DNA of 63,619 nucleotides, filler included, from Lenisia limosa (Eukaryota; Protista; Breviatea), in NCBI GenBank assembly GCA_001655205.1. It is 12 parts of 12 records of this genome, joined end to end, with 100 filler letters (N's around TTAATTAATTAA, not from the genome) between each part and the next. Parts side by side here need not be neighbours in the genome. Positions count along the whole stretch, not along the records: positions 47,675 to 50,822 come from LPNZ01009894.1; positions 50,923 to 55,120 come from LPNZ01002581.1; positions 55,221 to 61,837 come from LPNZ01005993.1; 9 more parts are not named here. One strand, 5' to 3'. Position 1 is the stretch's first letter, and the number at the start of each line of letters is the position of its first letter. Below the pieces are notes generated by a model, which saw nothing but the letters and a program-made list of their open reading frames with translations, was not told the DNA's origin and searched no databases. Shown one piece after another: positions 48,933-60,944 of the stretch. A program made the position numbers and the translations under genes.

Positions 48933-51329
48933 GACAAAAAGTAGTGGCAAAGATTCAAGAAGGATAGTAATCAAAAAATTCCGGCCGCGCAACGTGAATT
49001 TTTCTTACTCCCGCTTTTTAACCCCTTTCCCTCGGACAAATAGCAAAATAGAGGTTAAGGTTGTTGAGAAGGGAGTATGTAGTTGATGTTTACAGAAAAA
49101 AATAGACCTATTTAGGATGCTAGATTCACAAAAGACATCGAAAATGGACAAATACGTTGTTTCCCCCCCCCTTTTTTTCTAGTTCTAACCAAGACTGAAT
49201 TATGTCCTAGTTTCCATAGAGACTTTACTGCCAAAAAATTATCTGTGCCGGTGTTATTTGTGGACATCTTTTATGATCCTAGTTTCAATAGAGACTTAAT
49301 TGCATAAATATTGATACTTTTATACAACTTTGGTGAACTAAAAGGAGCTCAGCATTATATTCATGAACTTAGACTGATTTCAAAGAGGTAGAAAAGAGCA
49401 ATATTTTTGAGGGTAGAGAAGTGTTTGGATCTGTTCCCCTAGTTTAGAACTACTGTTGATGATTGCATGTTGACCCCTTCCCCCAACCTTATCATATTGC
49501 TTCATCGCCACCCTTCGAGTCAATGTGCTTTGGAAGGTCTAAAAAGGTCAGGCCTTATAAAACAATTGATTGAAATTGAACTCATAATCCCCCCCCCCCC
49601 CCTGGATTNNNNNNNNNNNNNNNNNNNNNNNNNNNNNNNNNNNNNNNNNNNNNNNNNNNNNNNNNNNNNNNNNNNNNNNNNNNNNNNNNNNNNNNNNNNN
49701 NNNNNNNNNNNNNNNNNNNNNNNNNNNNNNNNNNNNNNNNNNNNNNNNNNNNNNNNNNNNNNNNNNNNNNNNNNNNNNNNNNNNNNNNNNNNNNNNNNNN
49801 NNNNNNNNNNNNNNNNNNNNNNNNNNNNNNNNNNNNNNNNNNNNNNNNNNNNNNNNNNNNNNNNNNNNNNNNNNNNNNNNNNNNNNNNNNNNNNNNNNNN
49901 NNNNNNNNNNNNNNNNNNNNNNNNNNNNTGTTGGCTGACAACACACAACGGCTGAGAACAACAAAGCAAACAAAGGCTAGTCGCTTCTGCAGCACCGCAT
50001 CCCATCACTCCAGCGGGAGGGGTGAGATAAATTGTGTATATATACGTGGGAGTTGGGGTAAGGTATAGAGTTAGATATGCAATGAGAAATGGAAAATAAG
50101 GATGTATCTGGCTGAAGCCGTCCACATCATCACGCTTATAGTAGATATGTATAGATAAGTTTTTTTTGGGTATGGGGAGTAATATAATGGAAAATTTATG
50201 AAACAAAAACAGGTGTGGGGGTGGGGGTGAGTTTGCCAAATAGTATACTATGCTTGTTCTATTTCTCATTGCTATCTGCTATATTGTCATTCCCACCTTA
50301 TCAAACTTATTCCAGACTTCCGAGCCACAGGTGAAGGCGGGTTGGCTGATGTTTCGGCTCAGAATCTGGTCCGCCGGCTCAACCAGGCTGTCGTATGCGG
50401 GTGTCTGGAGTTGTAAAATGACATGTTCTGTGAAACAAACAAACCAAACAAAAAGAATCCAAAATTGTCTGGGGGGTGGGGGGAAGGGTGGAAGGCAATT
50501 TCGATGAANNNNNNNNNNNNNNNNNNNNNNNNNNNNNNNNNNNNNNNNNNNNNNNNNNNNNNNNNNNNNNNNNNNNNNNNNNNNNNNNNNNNNNNNNNNN
50601 NNNNNNNNNNNNNNNNNNNNNNNNNNNNNNNNNNNNNNNNNNNNNNGAGACTTTATTATTCGCAGCCTTTCTCTTCTTTCTTCTTCATCTTTTCTCCACT
50701 GCTGCCGGGCTGTGTTTGAGTGAAATGACTGGTCCCAAAAACAGTAAAATATCAATATTTATCGAGTTCCGAACGACAAAGCCCCCCAAACCATGACAAC
50801 AAGCCTCACAAACCATGACAACNNNNNNNNNNNNNNNNNNNNNNNNNNNNNNNNNNNNNNNNNNNNTTAATTAATTAANNNNNNNNNNNNNNNNNNNNNN
50901 NNNNNNNNNNNNNNNNNNNNNNCAATGGTAGAGGTAGCATTTTAGGTTGAAGATGGTCCCCCATATTCCGACCTGTCGAGTCATTGCTGAGTCGGCCTGA
51001 AGCGAAGTGAAAAATAGAAGGAGAATACTAAAACCAGTCCCTCATTGAAAAATTATTGTTTAATGCCCATCCGCCTAATATTACATGTATATATGCATAT
51101 CATCTCTTTCAATACCCCTGCAAACAGAGAAAAAGGTCCATGTAGTCGTGCCACACGCGTAGTTCTCATGGAAGGGCAAGGGGCATGACAAGGCTGGCCA
51201 TCCGGTTGCAGGATCACAGGTGAACTTCGAAGGATACTGATGGTGGTTAATTGATATTAGCGAAGATTTACTCAAATTTCCCAACCTTTCCAATGAATTT
51301 TTATATTTGGATCCTGGCAGTTGAATGTC

Positions 51330-51428
51330 TTGGGCTTCACTTCGGTTAGAAAAAGACCGGTAAAACATCGATAGTTTTCGAGGATTACTCGAGAAATTCA
51401 GTCTTTTTTTAACCGAAGTGAAGCCCTG
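51330..51428. mobile_element. MITE family A copy
   Basis: gggcttcacttcggttagaaaaagac...gtctttttttaaccgaagtgaagccc, with about 25 bp of terminal inverted repeat. Confidence 0.8.
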
Positions 51429-51713
51429 TGAATGTCTCTTGAAAAGTAGCCCCCCCCCCCACCGAATTTCCCTTGCAAAGCAGTTCGCAGGTGCGAGAGC
51501 CGTTCTCAGCTTGATCCTCACAGGAGAAGTAGCTGCCTAAGGTTCTTTATTTCCATCAATGGACTGAATATCATCATAAATCATTGGAGAAGTTTCAACA
51601 TTTGGCAATGTTAAGCAATCAATTAAAAATTGTGGATAAATGGGCAATTTTCAAAGGTGAAAAGAGGCTGTTTTTTTTCAAGAAATTTACTCTATTTTGT
51701 TGGAATGTAGATA

Positions 51714-51795
51714 TACAGTGACCGGGATAAGCCTTGACCCATTTTCCTTTGGAAATCGTGGAGCAAATTGGTCAAGACTTATCCTGGTCAGTGTA
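51714..51795. mobile_element. MITE family D copy
   Basis: ta-cagtgaccgggataagccttgacc...ggtcaagacttatcctggtcagtg-ta. Confidence 0.75.
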
Positions 51796-53057
51796 TTTCT
51801 GACTTCGGGGAGCCCAAAAGATGGATATTCCCAAACAGCACCATCAAGAAAATAAATTTATGTACATGTAGTATATGAATAAAGTGTTAGACTCGTTTGA
51901 TTTAAGCCCATTCAGATACCCGAGGTAAAAATGAAGATTGAAGTCAAAAAGAAAGAAAGAAAGAAAGGAAGGAAGAAAGAAAGAAACCTGGAACAAATGG
52001 CGAACCTTTGGGAAGTCCCACGGGGATTTGGTTACAGATCGAAGCTTTATGAAGAGCCTAAAGGGTCAGAGTCTCACTAACTGAAATATTTATGAAGAGA
52101 AGGTTCGAGTTTCACTAACTAACATATTTTACCACTGACTCGTTACAGCCCTAACCACCACTCCCCTTATAGGACCATCTCCCCCCCTAATTCACCACAA
52201 ACCCTTGACTACACTAACCCACATAGGTCACGGGATTCAGGTCGCTTGTTGGTGCTACAACCTCCAAAACATGATGTCCGTTAACGTCGATCGTGCTGTA
52301 CTGTTAGCCAAGCTTGTTATACTACTAAAGGCGCCAAGGGTGGGTAACACGATTGACTTGGATAAGTTCATATCAACCTATGACCAATAATACTATGATA
52401 TTAATAAAGCTTTCTAACACTAGTGCAACATGCTATGAAAACACTAGTGAGATTTCCTATTGTGAGAGAGCCGCCATTGAACAAATTAAAATCAATCATG
52501 CTGTATAAGCGAAACTCCTCTCGCATGATATTTGAGCCTTTTCACAATCATACTATGGTATTCAGTAACTTCTAATAAATATAAGTAATTTGGGACAATG
52601 GCACACCCTTCGTAGATCAATAGAAATACAAACTATCATCCGCCTCTGAAAAAAAGGTGGGTTCGAGAGGATAATCCGAGAAAGTCTTCCCAGCGTCATT
52701 GAGTCTATCTACCCCACAGACCTTGAAAGCGCCAGGAGCGGGAGGAGCGCAAGGCTAAGCAGAGTCAAGAACTGCATCGCAAAACCGAAGGTCCTCTTAT
52801 CGATAACTTTATTACTCGTGAATTGCTTTTTCTTTGCTGTTTCTATGATTTCCATGGATTCCAGTTTATTTTCACCTTTATACTAGTTTGTTGCATTCAG
52901 ACCCCTAGGTTCATTATAAGAAAAAGCAATTGAGATTTTGCGAACGAAGAGAGGAGAAAAGAGAAAGCATTACTTGTATATTGAGACGGTTTTGAATTTG
53001 AACGTAAAAGGAGGAACAGCCACCAGGAGAAAAGAACCAGCCGATTCGGTCGATGTA

Positions 53058-54924
53058 ATGCTTCTACTCGACCTGGCTCCTCTTGTCTTTACAGCTGGAT
53101 TAATAATATTCACAGCTCTACTGATATATCAGTGGAAGACCTCTTCCCCCACTCTCCAGACCCGTCAGCAGCGATCATCGCAACATAAACCGTTGACAGC
53201 AGCTCAACGACAGCACCTCCGCCCCATTTCAGATCTTAAGGAAGACGTTAGTATGCTAATATGGCGGAAAATTGTGTTTTTATTTTGTGGTTCCTTCTGA
53301 CTTTTCCGCGTTTATTATGAGGAGATTTGTGCTAGTATAGGAGTATAGGGTTTATTTTTGAACCCTTTATTGCTGAAATATAATCTCTTTATTGTTTTTT
53401 TGGTTTTTAAACAGTCAAAAAAGTAGATACAGGAGCATAAATGAAGCGAGTGGCCTGGACTTTTTTTGTTTTGTTGTTATCGACCCTCGTGTGGTGTCAG
53501 CGAACAGAGTTGATTTGGGCTGTTTTGTTTCATTAATTTTCCAATGTTCCAATCCCCCCCCCCCCGAGCATAGCAACGAGACTCATCAATCTTAGGCAAG
53601 CCAACACCCCCCGAATTAGCAGCTGCGTACCCCCATCTTCCCGCCCACGCTCCCCTCACAGAATCCTTCCTTCCCAGCCCTCCCCACGTATGTTGCTTTG
53701 TTACCTTTTATGATTTTTTTTATTATTAGCGTGATGGTGTTGACAGCTTCGGCCAAATACAAACTTGTTTTATTCTTATCTCTATAAATATAACATAACA
53801 CAGCTTACATTTTAGGGGATTTGCAAACTTAAGAAGAAGCCAAATCATCGTACTTTCCCGACTGTTCCAGAGAGGTTTGAAATTTTTCATAATCATTTAT
53901 TTCTCTTTTTATTCGTTTTGATACTTTTCCTTTCGTTTTCTCTCTATTTTGCTTTTGTTAACCTTTTGTGATCAATATATATATTAATGATATCATATAT
54001 AAATTAACCTAAGCATTTTTATTCACATGATGAAATACGTAGATTGCTTCTTTATCATTACTGACAGTGTAATACATGCCTTTTAAAAATTTCTTATTCC
54101 TAAAAGATGACTTCAACCAGTTATGCCCTTTTATTATTTCTCATTCCTACTACAGGTTATTGGCTTTTTACATTTCCTTTAGAGCGGATGCTGAATCTCA
54201 ATATCGTCTATTATTACACAAGCGCCATCCCCGCATTCTTTTGTCTTTCTCATCTCTACATATTCTCATCAAATCAGCATGGGAGACTACGGACGAATGA
54301 TGACCTACATTCACCAGGCGGTTACGGAGGATGAGAAAGGGAACGTCCAGGTTAGATGGAAACATTATACTAGTAAGTAATATGATGTCATATAATATTC
54401 TCTGACCGTGATACCACCTGAGCTTTATCTTGGGTCAATGGTTATTGTATTGTGTGGAATTTTTGACGAACATAACGAGAGGGAGGGTTGAATCAAATTG
54501 ATGAGTAATTTTTCAAACTAGCATGTTTGATTTTAACTATATAGCTATGCATATATGTATTTTAACTTTTTGCTGTTTATAAGGCAATTTGGTCTCCTGA
54601 TATTTCCTCACAATTTTGTTCATACAGGCTGAAATATTGATTAAACTCGATAAATATCGATCTTACCACGATTCAGGAAGCCTACGACCTGTATCGAGCT
54701 GGAATCGAGGGCCTTATCCGCCTCATTAAAGGTAGTGCTTCACTTCACTTTGTTTGGTTCCGAAACCGACACAGTATTGCCCATTTATGCATATATGCAT
54801 CTATCTTCTATTATACATATCATATGTATGACAATTCTAGGAGAAACCAACCCCGTCCGTAAGAATGAACTCAGAGAGAAAACTGCTACCTATTTATCAA
54901 GGGCCGAAGAGCTTCAAGATGAGG
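53058..54924 (+). CDS. N-terminally membrane-anchored MIT-domain protein, partial (3' part beyond the contig end)
   Basis: MLLLDLAPLVFTAGLIIFTALLIYQW (TM/signal anchor), then Pro-rich exons, then MIT SMGDYGRMMTYIHQAVTEDEKGNVQ-EAYDLYRAGIEGLIRLIK-GETNPVRKNELREKTATYLSRAEEL. Exon phases are compatible. Confidence 0.72.
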
Positions 54925-55329
54925 TGAGTATGTAACTTCATATGGGCTGTGTTCTGCTTCAATAGCAAAATAGCTTTTATTAACAATGTGATACTGTTTG
55001 CTTCACAGAGTTGACTTGGGTTTTTTATTTTTATTTTTTTAAGTATGGTACATTTTTTTGTAGTGATGGATACGGTGCTACAGAAGCAACTGAGCTGTAC
55101 TTTGTTTTGCTAATTATTCTNNNNNNNNNNNNNNNNNNNNNNNNNNNNNNNNNNNNNNNNNNNNTTAATTAATTAANNNNNNNNNNNNNNNNNNNNNNNN
55201 NNNNNNNNNNNNNNNNNNNNCATCACGCTTATAAGAGATATTGGATTAGTATAATATTAGTTCACCCAATCATTTGCCTTTCAACTCTGTGCACACAGCT
55301 TTCTCCTAAATATTGGAATATAGATAATA

Positions 55330-56824
55330 TTAATTCCCCCCAACCGAAACGGGCAAATCATTGAGCATGATCACGTCGCCAACAGAAAAAGAAGTTCCAG
55401 CATCAGGGTACGCCATTAAGTTGATCTGTGGAGGAGTGCAATAATGAATGTTACAAATATATAACAATGATAAATAAAAAATAAGGCTGTATCTGGCCGA
55501 AGCCTCCACACCACCACGCTTATACGAGATATTGGATAATAGTATAGTATTAATCCAAAATGCCACATTACTCTGTTCATATAGCTTGTTCGATACTTGT
55601 AAATTAATTGGCAAACCTCAGAAGGCGTGTCATCACCCTTTAAGCGGCTAGGATTGAATATAAAGGAGGGAAGAACAGCTGGCGGGGGGGGGGGGGGGNN
55701 NNNNNNNNNNNNNNNNNNNNNNNNNNNNNNNNNNNNNNNNNNNNNNNNNNNNNNNNNNNNNNNNNNNNNNNNNNNNNNNNNNNNNNNNNNNNNNNNNNNN
55801 NNNNNNNNNNNNNNNNNNNNNNNNNNNNNNNNNNNNNNNNNNNNNNNNNNNNNNNNNNNNNNNNNNNNNNNNNNTCGAAAATATAAAATAAAACAAGCTG
55901 GTATCCGGTTGAAGAGATTAAATAGGGCGGGGGTAAAGAAGACACGCCAAAGATATGTACATGTAGCCAGGAAACAGAACATCAACGTATAGTAGGATGT
56001 ATTGAGTAATTTGATTTTTTTCGGATCGAAGAGAAGAGCTTCGTATCTCCCGGCATACAAAGTGCTACAAGCACGATGGTTAACACGAAGACCAAGACTG
56101 TCAAGTAACGGTTGTGGACATCCTCGGTGACAAGGTCTGCTGATGGCTGCAGGGGGGCGGGGGGCATATTACAAATCAAAATAGGAGTTTTGAATAATCA
56201 GAAAAACTCAACCCTATTGGTTTAACATCGAGGATAAAAACTAAATAAAGAAGAAAAATATGATATTACATCTGTTAAACAAATGGAGCAAAGAGGGGGT
56301 GAAAAGAATCCAATTTACTCAGGAAAAGGAACAAAAAAACGGCCTAAAATGAAAAACAAATCAAAAATAAAAAAACAAGAGAAAAAAAAAAACGGGAGTC
56401 TACAACAGGANNNNNNNNNNNNNNNNNNNNNNNNNNNNNNNNNNNNNNNNNNNNNNNNNNNNNNNTCAAAACATTTCCTAAAGTAAATTGGATAGAATGT
56501 TTCATTGCCGTAAAAGGTGATCAGTATGTAAGAGAATTGAATTATTTAATTAAGAAACAAAAACAAAAATGAAACTCAAAAAATTGCAGCTTTTGTTTTG
56601 CCTAAAAAGTCCAACAAATTCAAATCCTGTTCAAATCCAAAGAGGAATATAAAAATAAAAGAGAGTGAAAAATAAGCTTATAATATCATATCGTTGTTCA
56701 TTTTTGAAAAATGCAAGAAACGTAAGAAGGACCCACAGCATTACTTCTTTCCTTCAGCTCTGTTTCAGTCAACGCCTCTGGTGATCCAGGATCATTGTCC
56801 TTAAGCTCAACGTAATTGCCATCC
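55330..56824 (-). CDS. Uncharacterised membrane protein, partial
   Basis: MDGNYVELKDNDPGSPEALTETELKERSNAVGPSY, then an exon containing HNRYLTVLVFVLTIVLVALCMPG. No family recognised. Confidence 0.35.
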
Positions 56825-57083
56825 ATGATTACGTTTCTATCATCAGAACAGTGGAAATAACATTTATCAAACTAGCATACCCCCCTATTGTCGTATTCTT
56901 TTCTTATGTTTACTGAGATACTTAAATGTAATTCTTAATGGATTGTATTGATTGTTAGCACAAGAAGAGGCCTTATTTCCATCCAGGTATTCTTTTTGAA
57001 AGAGATATAAATACTCCATAACACTGCCTTTATTAAACGAAAAACAAGTTTGTTTTTTTTTCTCCTAACTTGCCGTTAACATT

Positions 57084-58349
57084 ATGCCTGTCTCCGACGA
57101 ACAATTTGCCCAGCTCCTTATGCGCCTTGAGGCCGTCACTTTCCGTCTCGAGACTGTTGAGGCTCAACTCGCCGGCCGCCCCACTTCTGGTGCTGCTCCT
57201 GCTGGTGCTGAAGAGGCTACTGCCGGTTCGTGGCTTCGGAAAAATTTTCTGATATTTTCAGTCAACCCTCGCATTGCCGCCTACGATGAGTTCCTTAAGG
57301 AGTTTGTTACCCCCTTTGTTGATGTTTCCAAGAAGATTGGAGGCGACTGCGAGAAGGCTGTAAGGATTAATTTGTCTTCGGCTCTGTTTCACTCTTCTGT
57401 AGACCGCTCTCTTTGCTGAGACTCTCCAAGAGACCCGTGGTCTCATTGAGAAGGCCACTGAGCACAAGAAGCCCACCGGTTTGAGATTCACCTACCTTTT
57501 ATAATCCTTGAAAAGTTTCAATCAAACTCTTCTTCTCAGATGATATATTGTGTAACAATAAGAACCCTTCGTCATATTTGGCCAATGTCAAGGTCTTTCA
57601 TAACCGATCAGACGAGAAATTCGGCGAGTTGATTGCTGTGATCTCCAAGCCTATGTGCGCTGCTGGTGAGCTTAAGGACAAGGCTTTCCGCTCCAAGGAG
57701 GTCAACCACGTCAACGCTGTTGGGGGGGGGGGGNNNNNNNNNNNNNNNNNNNNNNNNNNNNNNNNNNNNNNNNNNNNNNNNNNNNNNNNNNNNNNNNNNN
57801 NNNNNNNNNNNNNNNNNNNNNNNNNNNNNNNNNNNNNNNTCAATGAAATCATGTTAAGGCTGTGTTGACTTCAAGTAATCGATTAGATTGCCGAGGCTGT
57901 CCAGTCTCTTGGATGGGTCGCTGTTCCCAACACCCCCGTTGCTTTCATCAACGACATGAAGGCTTCCGCTGTGTTCCACACCAACAAGATTCTTGTGACC
58001 AAGGACGAAGAGTATGGGGATATATTGTGTTCTTTGAATCTCTTTTTCTTTCTTAATATGCTACTAACCTCCATAGTGGCATGAAGTGGGCTAAGGCCCT
58101 TCCTGCCTCTCTTGATGCTCTCCAGAAGTACGTCAAGGAGCACCACATGACTGTTGGGGGGCTTTTAAAAAAAGTTTCAGACGCTTATAAGTAAATAGTT
58201 TTTTTTTCACTATGCCAGATATAACCTTTCTCATCTATATATTCATGTCACTTCTGCATTGCTCTTAGCCTGTATGTGCGTACATCCCTTTTTGGTGTCT
58301 CTCATCTATTTAGGGACTTACCTGGAACCCCAGAGGCGAGGCTCTCTAA
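57084..58349 (+). CDS. CAP: Adenylyl cyclase-associated protein (CAP/Srv2) N-terminal half only (oligomerisation helix plus helical folded domain)
   Basis: LLMRLEAVTFRLETV (RLE repeats); AYDEFLKEFVTPFVDVSKKIGG; NHVNAV-AEAVQSLGWVAVPNTP; WAKALPASLDALQKYVKEHHMT-GLTWNPRGEAL-stop (TAA 58347-58349). Confidence 0.88.
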
Positions 58350-58571
58350 GTGTTCTTCGTTTTGGGTTTATATATCTTGGGGTTTTAGTCTTACTGGATT
58401 GAACGGTCGTTAGTCAATTATGTCGACCGGTTTGAAGTAAATGTTCAATATTATGACCCTTCGACAATCATTGACGTGCAATGTGAAGAGAATATGAAAG
58501 GATATCAAAAAATTGTTCTGTAGTTACCATAAGTCCAAAAATAAAGGGGTAAAATGCATAACATCAATACC

Positions 58572-59157
58572 TTAGGCGACAAGAGCGGAAGCGTTGGCAG
58601 CTTGGTACTTCCAGTTGGGAGGGAGCTGACGGTTGCGCTTGTAGTAGCGAGCAAGACGGTAGATGCGAGACTCGACGAGGATAAGGCGGAACTTGGAGTC
58701 CTTGTCACCGTGGTTGCTCTCAAGATGCTTGCGCATGTTCATGGCCTTACGGATCATGAAGTAGAGATCCTCGGGGATGGCAGGGGCAAGGCCGTTGCGC
58801 TTGAGGATGCGAAGGATAGAGGTACCGTTAAGCTTCTTAACCTGAGCAACACCGTGGGAGTCACGAAGGGTGACACCTAGATTAATGAGCAAAATCCACC
58901 AAAAAAAAACTTTACAAAAGGTAATAATTTAAAACGTACCAATCTGAGAGGGGCGGAGACCCTTCTTGGCGAGCTGGCAGATAGACTTCTCGGTCTCAGC
59001 GGCGGTACCCTTGAACCACTGGGGAACAGCGCGAACGTAGGGGAGAGAACGGCGGGAGATACCCTTTCTAATAATGTCAAAGAGAGTAAAAGGAACGTGC
59101 ATAGAATACGTCAAAAAAACACCCATTTGCAAACCCAGTAGAATGCATGCGACCCAT
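58572..59157 (-). CDS. RPS13: 40S ribosomal protein S13 (uS15), complete, 3 exons
   Basis: [18 protein letters not shown]...[24 protein letters not shown]...[17 protein letters not shown]...[22 protein letters not shown]...LPPNWKY. Confidence 0.97.
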
Positions 59158-59416
59158 ATTGACTTTTTTTAAGCAAAAGAGAGCAAAGAGGTTTTAAAAA
59201 AACCAAAAATAATTGACAAAAAGACAATGAACTGAACTGTTTCAGAGACTATTTACGGATTTAGACGCCTGTTTTGTTCTTCTCACCTTCTTCCCTTGAC
59301 CTCTTCCATGCTGGCTCTCCCTCTATCTTTATATAAAAAACAAAAATAAGTAATATCTGATGGATAAAACTTGAACCCTGCTTCTGCGACGCTAGCCAGT
59401 GATCACAACTTCTAAA

Positions 59417-60944
59417 ATGATACCGTTTGGCCAGGTATCCCTGCATCTAAGCCAGTTATTCCTCTCAACAAGGTAAGATAGTATTAATAGAGAATTTGAG
59501 AGAAACATTTCACGAACTGGCGGTATACTGTGCTTTCCTTGTCTGACTGTATAGGTTTTCCCATGGTGTTGTCAACTTGAAGCCTATTCTCCCTGGCCGT
59601 GGGTGGGATGCTTCTGGAACTAACTCCGGTTCTTAAAAAGATTGAAAAATTCTGATATATTATTGAATATACACATGTCTTTTGAAAGTGAAGCTCTACG
59701 TACGTGCTGGGTTCAAAGCTGAACCGTAGTAGGTAGTACAAACGATAATGAAGTACAACATAAAATGTAGTAGTTTAACTGATTTGCTGCTTTCATTTCC
59801 TCATCTTTACATGGTTACTTACATACTACTTTTCACTTTCTCATTCTCACCGTGTAGATGTCATGATTATTCCGAAACGACCAGCTAAAAGATTAGCGGA
59901 CCTCCACCCACATGAAGTTGCAGACCTTTATATCACAGCACAACGTGTTGCCAGGTGATTGGGCTGAAGACTAGATGACCAACCTTTAGAACTGGGATTA
60001 AATAGGATATTTGATCAATAAATAGTAATCCACCGAAATATTTACCTTTTACCAACGGCTTTCTACCTGCCTCCCTAAGAATTAGTGCCCCGTACACTCA
60101 ATTTCATATCATATTACATGGCCAGACGTTCCCTTTTCACTGGCATTTCGTATGTGATTCGACCTTCACATTCAACTTCATGACATGCCTTTAGCTAACT
60201 GTTCCTAGTGTTGTTGAAAAGGAATTTGACGGGAGAGCCATTACTATGGCATGCCAAGTATGTGGGCTATATGACAAGTAATTCCGCAGGACGGAGCAGA
60301 GGCCGGACAATCCATCCAGCACGTGCATATTCACATCATCCCAAGGAAAAAGGGGGATTTCAAGGTATGATTATCAGTATGTAGCCTGTAATGTAGATGG
60401 CTCCGGCTTGATAACCTTTTTTGAATAAATCTGGTAGAAAATTCGTTTCGGAAATGACGTGAAGTTCTATATTGCAATGAGTAATAATAAATAGGTTTTA
60501 TCTGGCCAAAGCCGTCCACACCATCACGCTTCTAGATATATTGGAATACACATTTTAATATACTGACTTCTAAAACGCGTAACATTTGGGTCATCAAAAT
60601 GGGGAGGTTTTCATTAATTAAATAGGGACACTTTTGGATAAACTACCTCATGGTTGGACAATCTGACATTGTAGGAAAATGACGAAATCTACGATCGAAT
60701 TGACGGGTGGGGAGAACTCAGAGTGGCCCGATCGGCTGAAGTGATGGCGGAAGTGGGAAGAGGGGAGGGTTATATCATATGATAGTCTTTCACTTCATCA
60801 CTGTAATATAATATACTGTTTCATCATATACTTCTATATCACTCATCTTGACTGGAAATAACAGTACAATTTCAGCTTTCTGATTCCATTTAGGAAGCCA
60901 TGCGCTTGAGAGAGTATTTTCCCGACCTTCCCCCTCACGAATAA
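59417..60944 (+). CDS. FHIT: HIT-family bis(5'-adenosyl)-triphosphatase (Fhit/Hnt2-like); start approximate
   Basis: [18 protein letters not shown]...[13 protein letters not shown]; [28 protein letters not shown] (HIT motif); ENDEIYDRI; [17 protein letters not shown]. Confidence 0.93.

Noticed and set aside
5580-58349. Apparent cAMP/Ras signalling cluster (GPCR, channel-cyclase-like RasGEF, PDE, CAP)
   Set aside because: These genes lie on different contigs joined by artificial spacers and are mixed with unrelated housekeeping genes, so linkage is unsupported.
58572-59157. Non-standard genetic code or stop-codon reassignment
   Set aside because: RPS13, CAP, FHIT, PDE and the kinase translate cleanly with the standard code and end at TAA, TGA or TAG. 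Apparent in-frame stops fall inside GT-AG introns.
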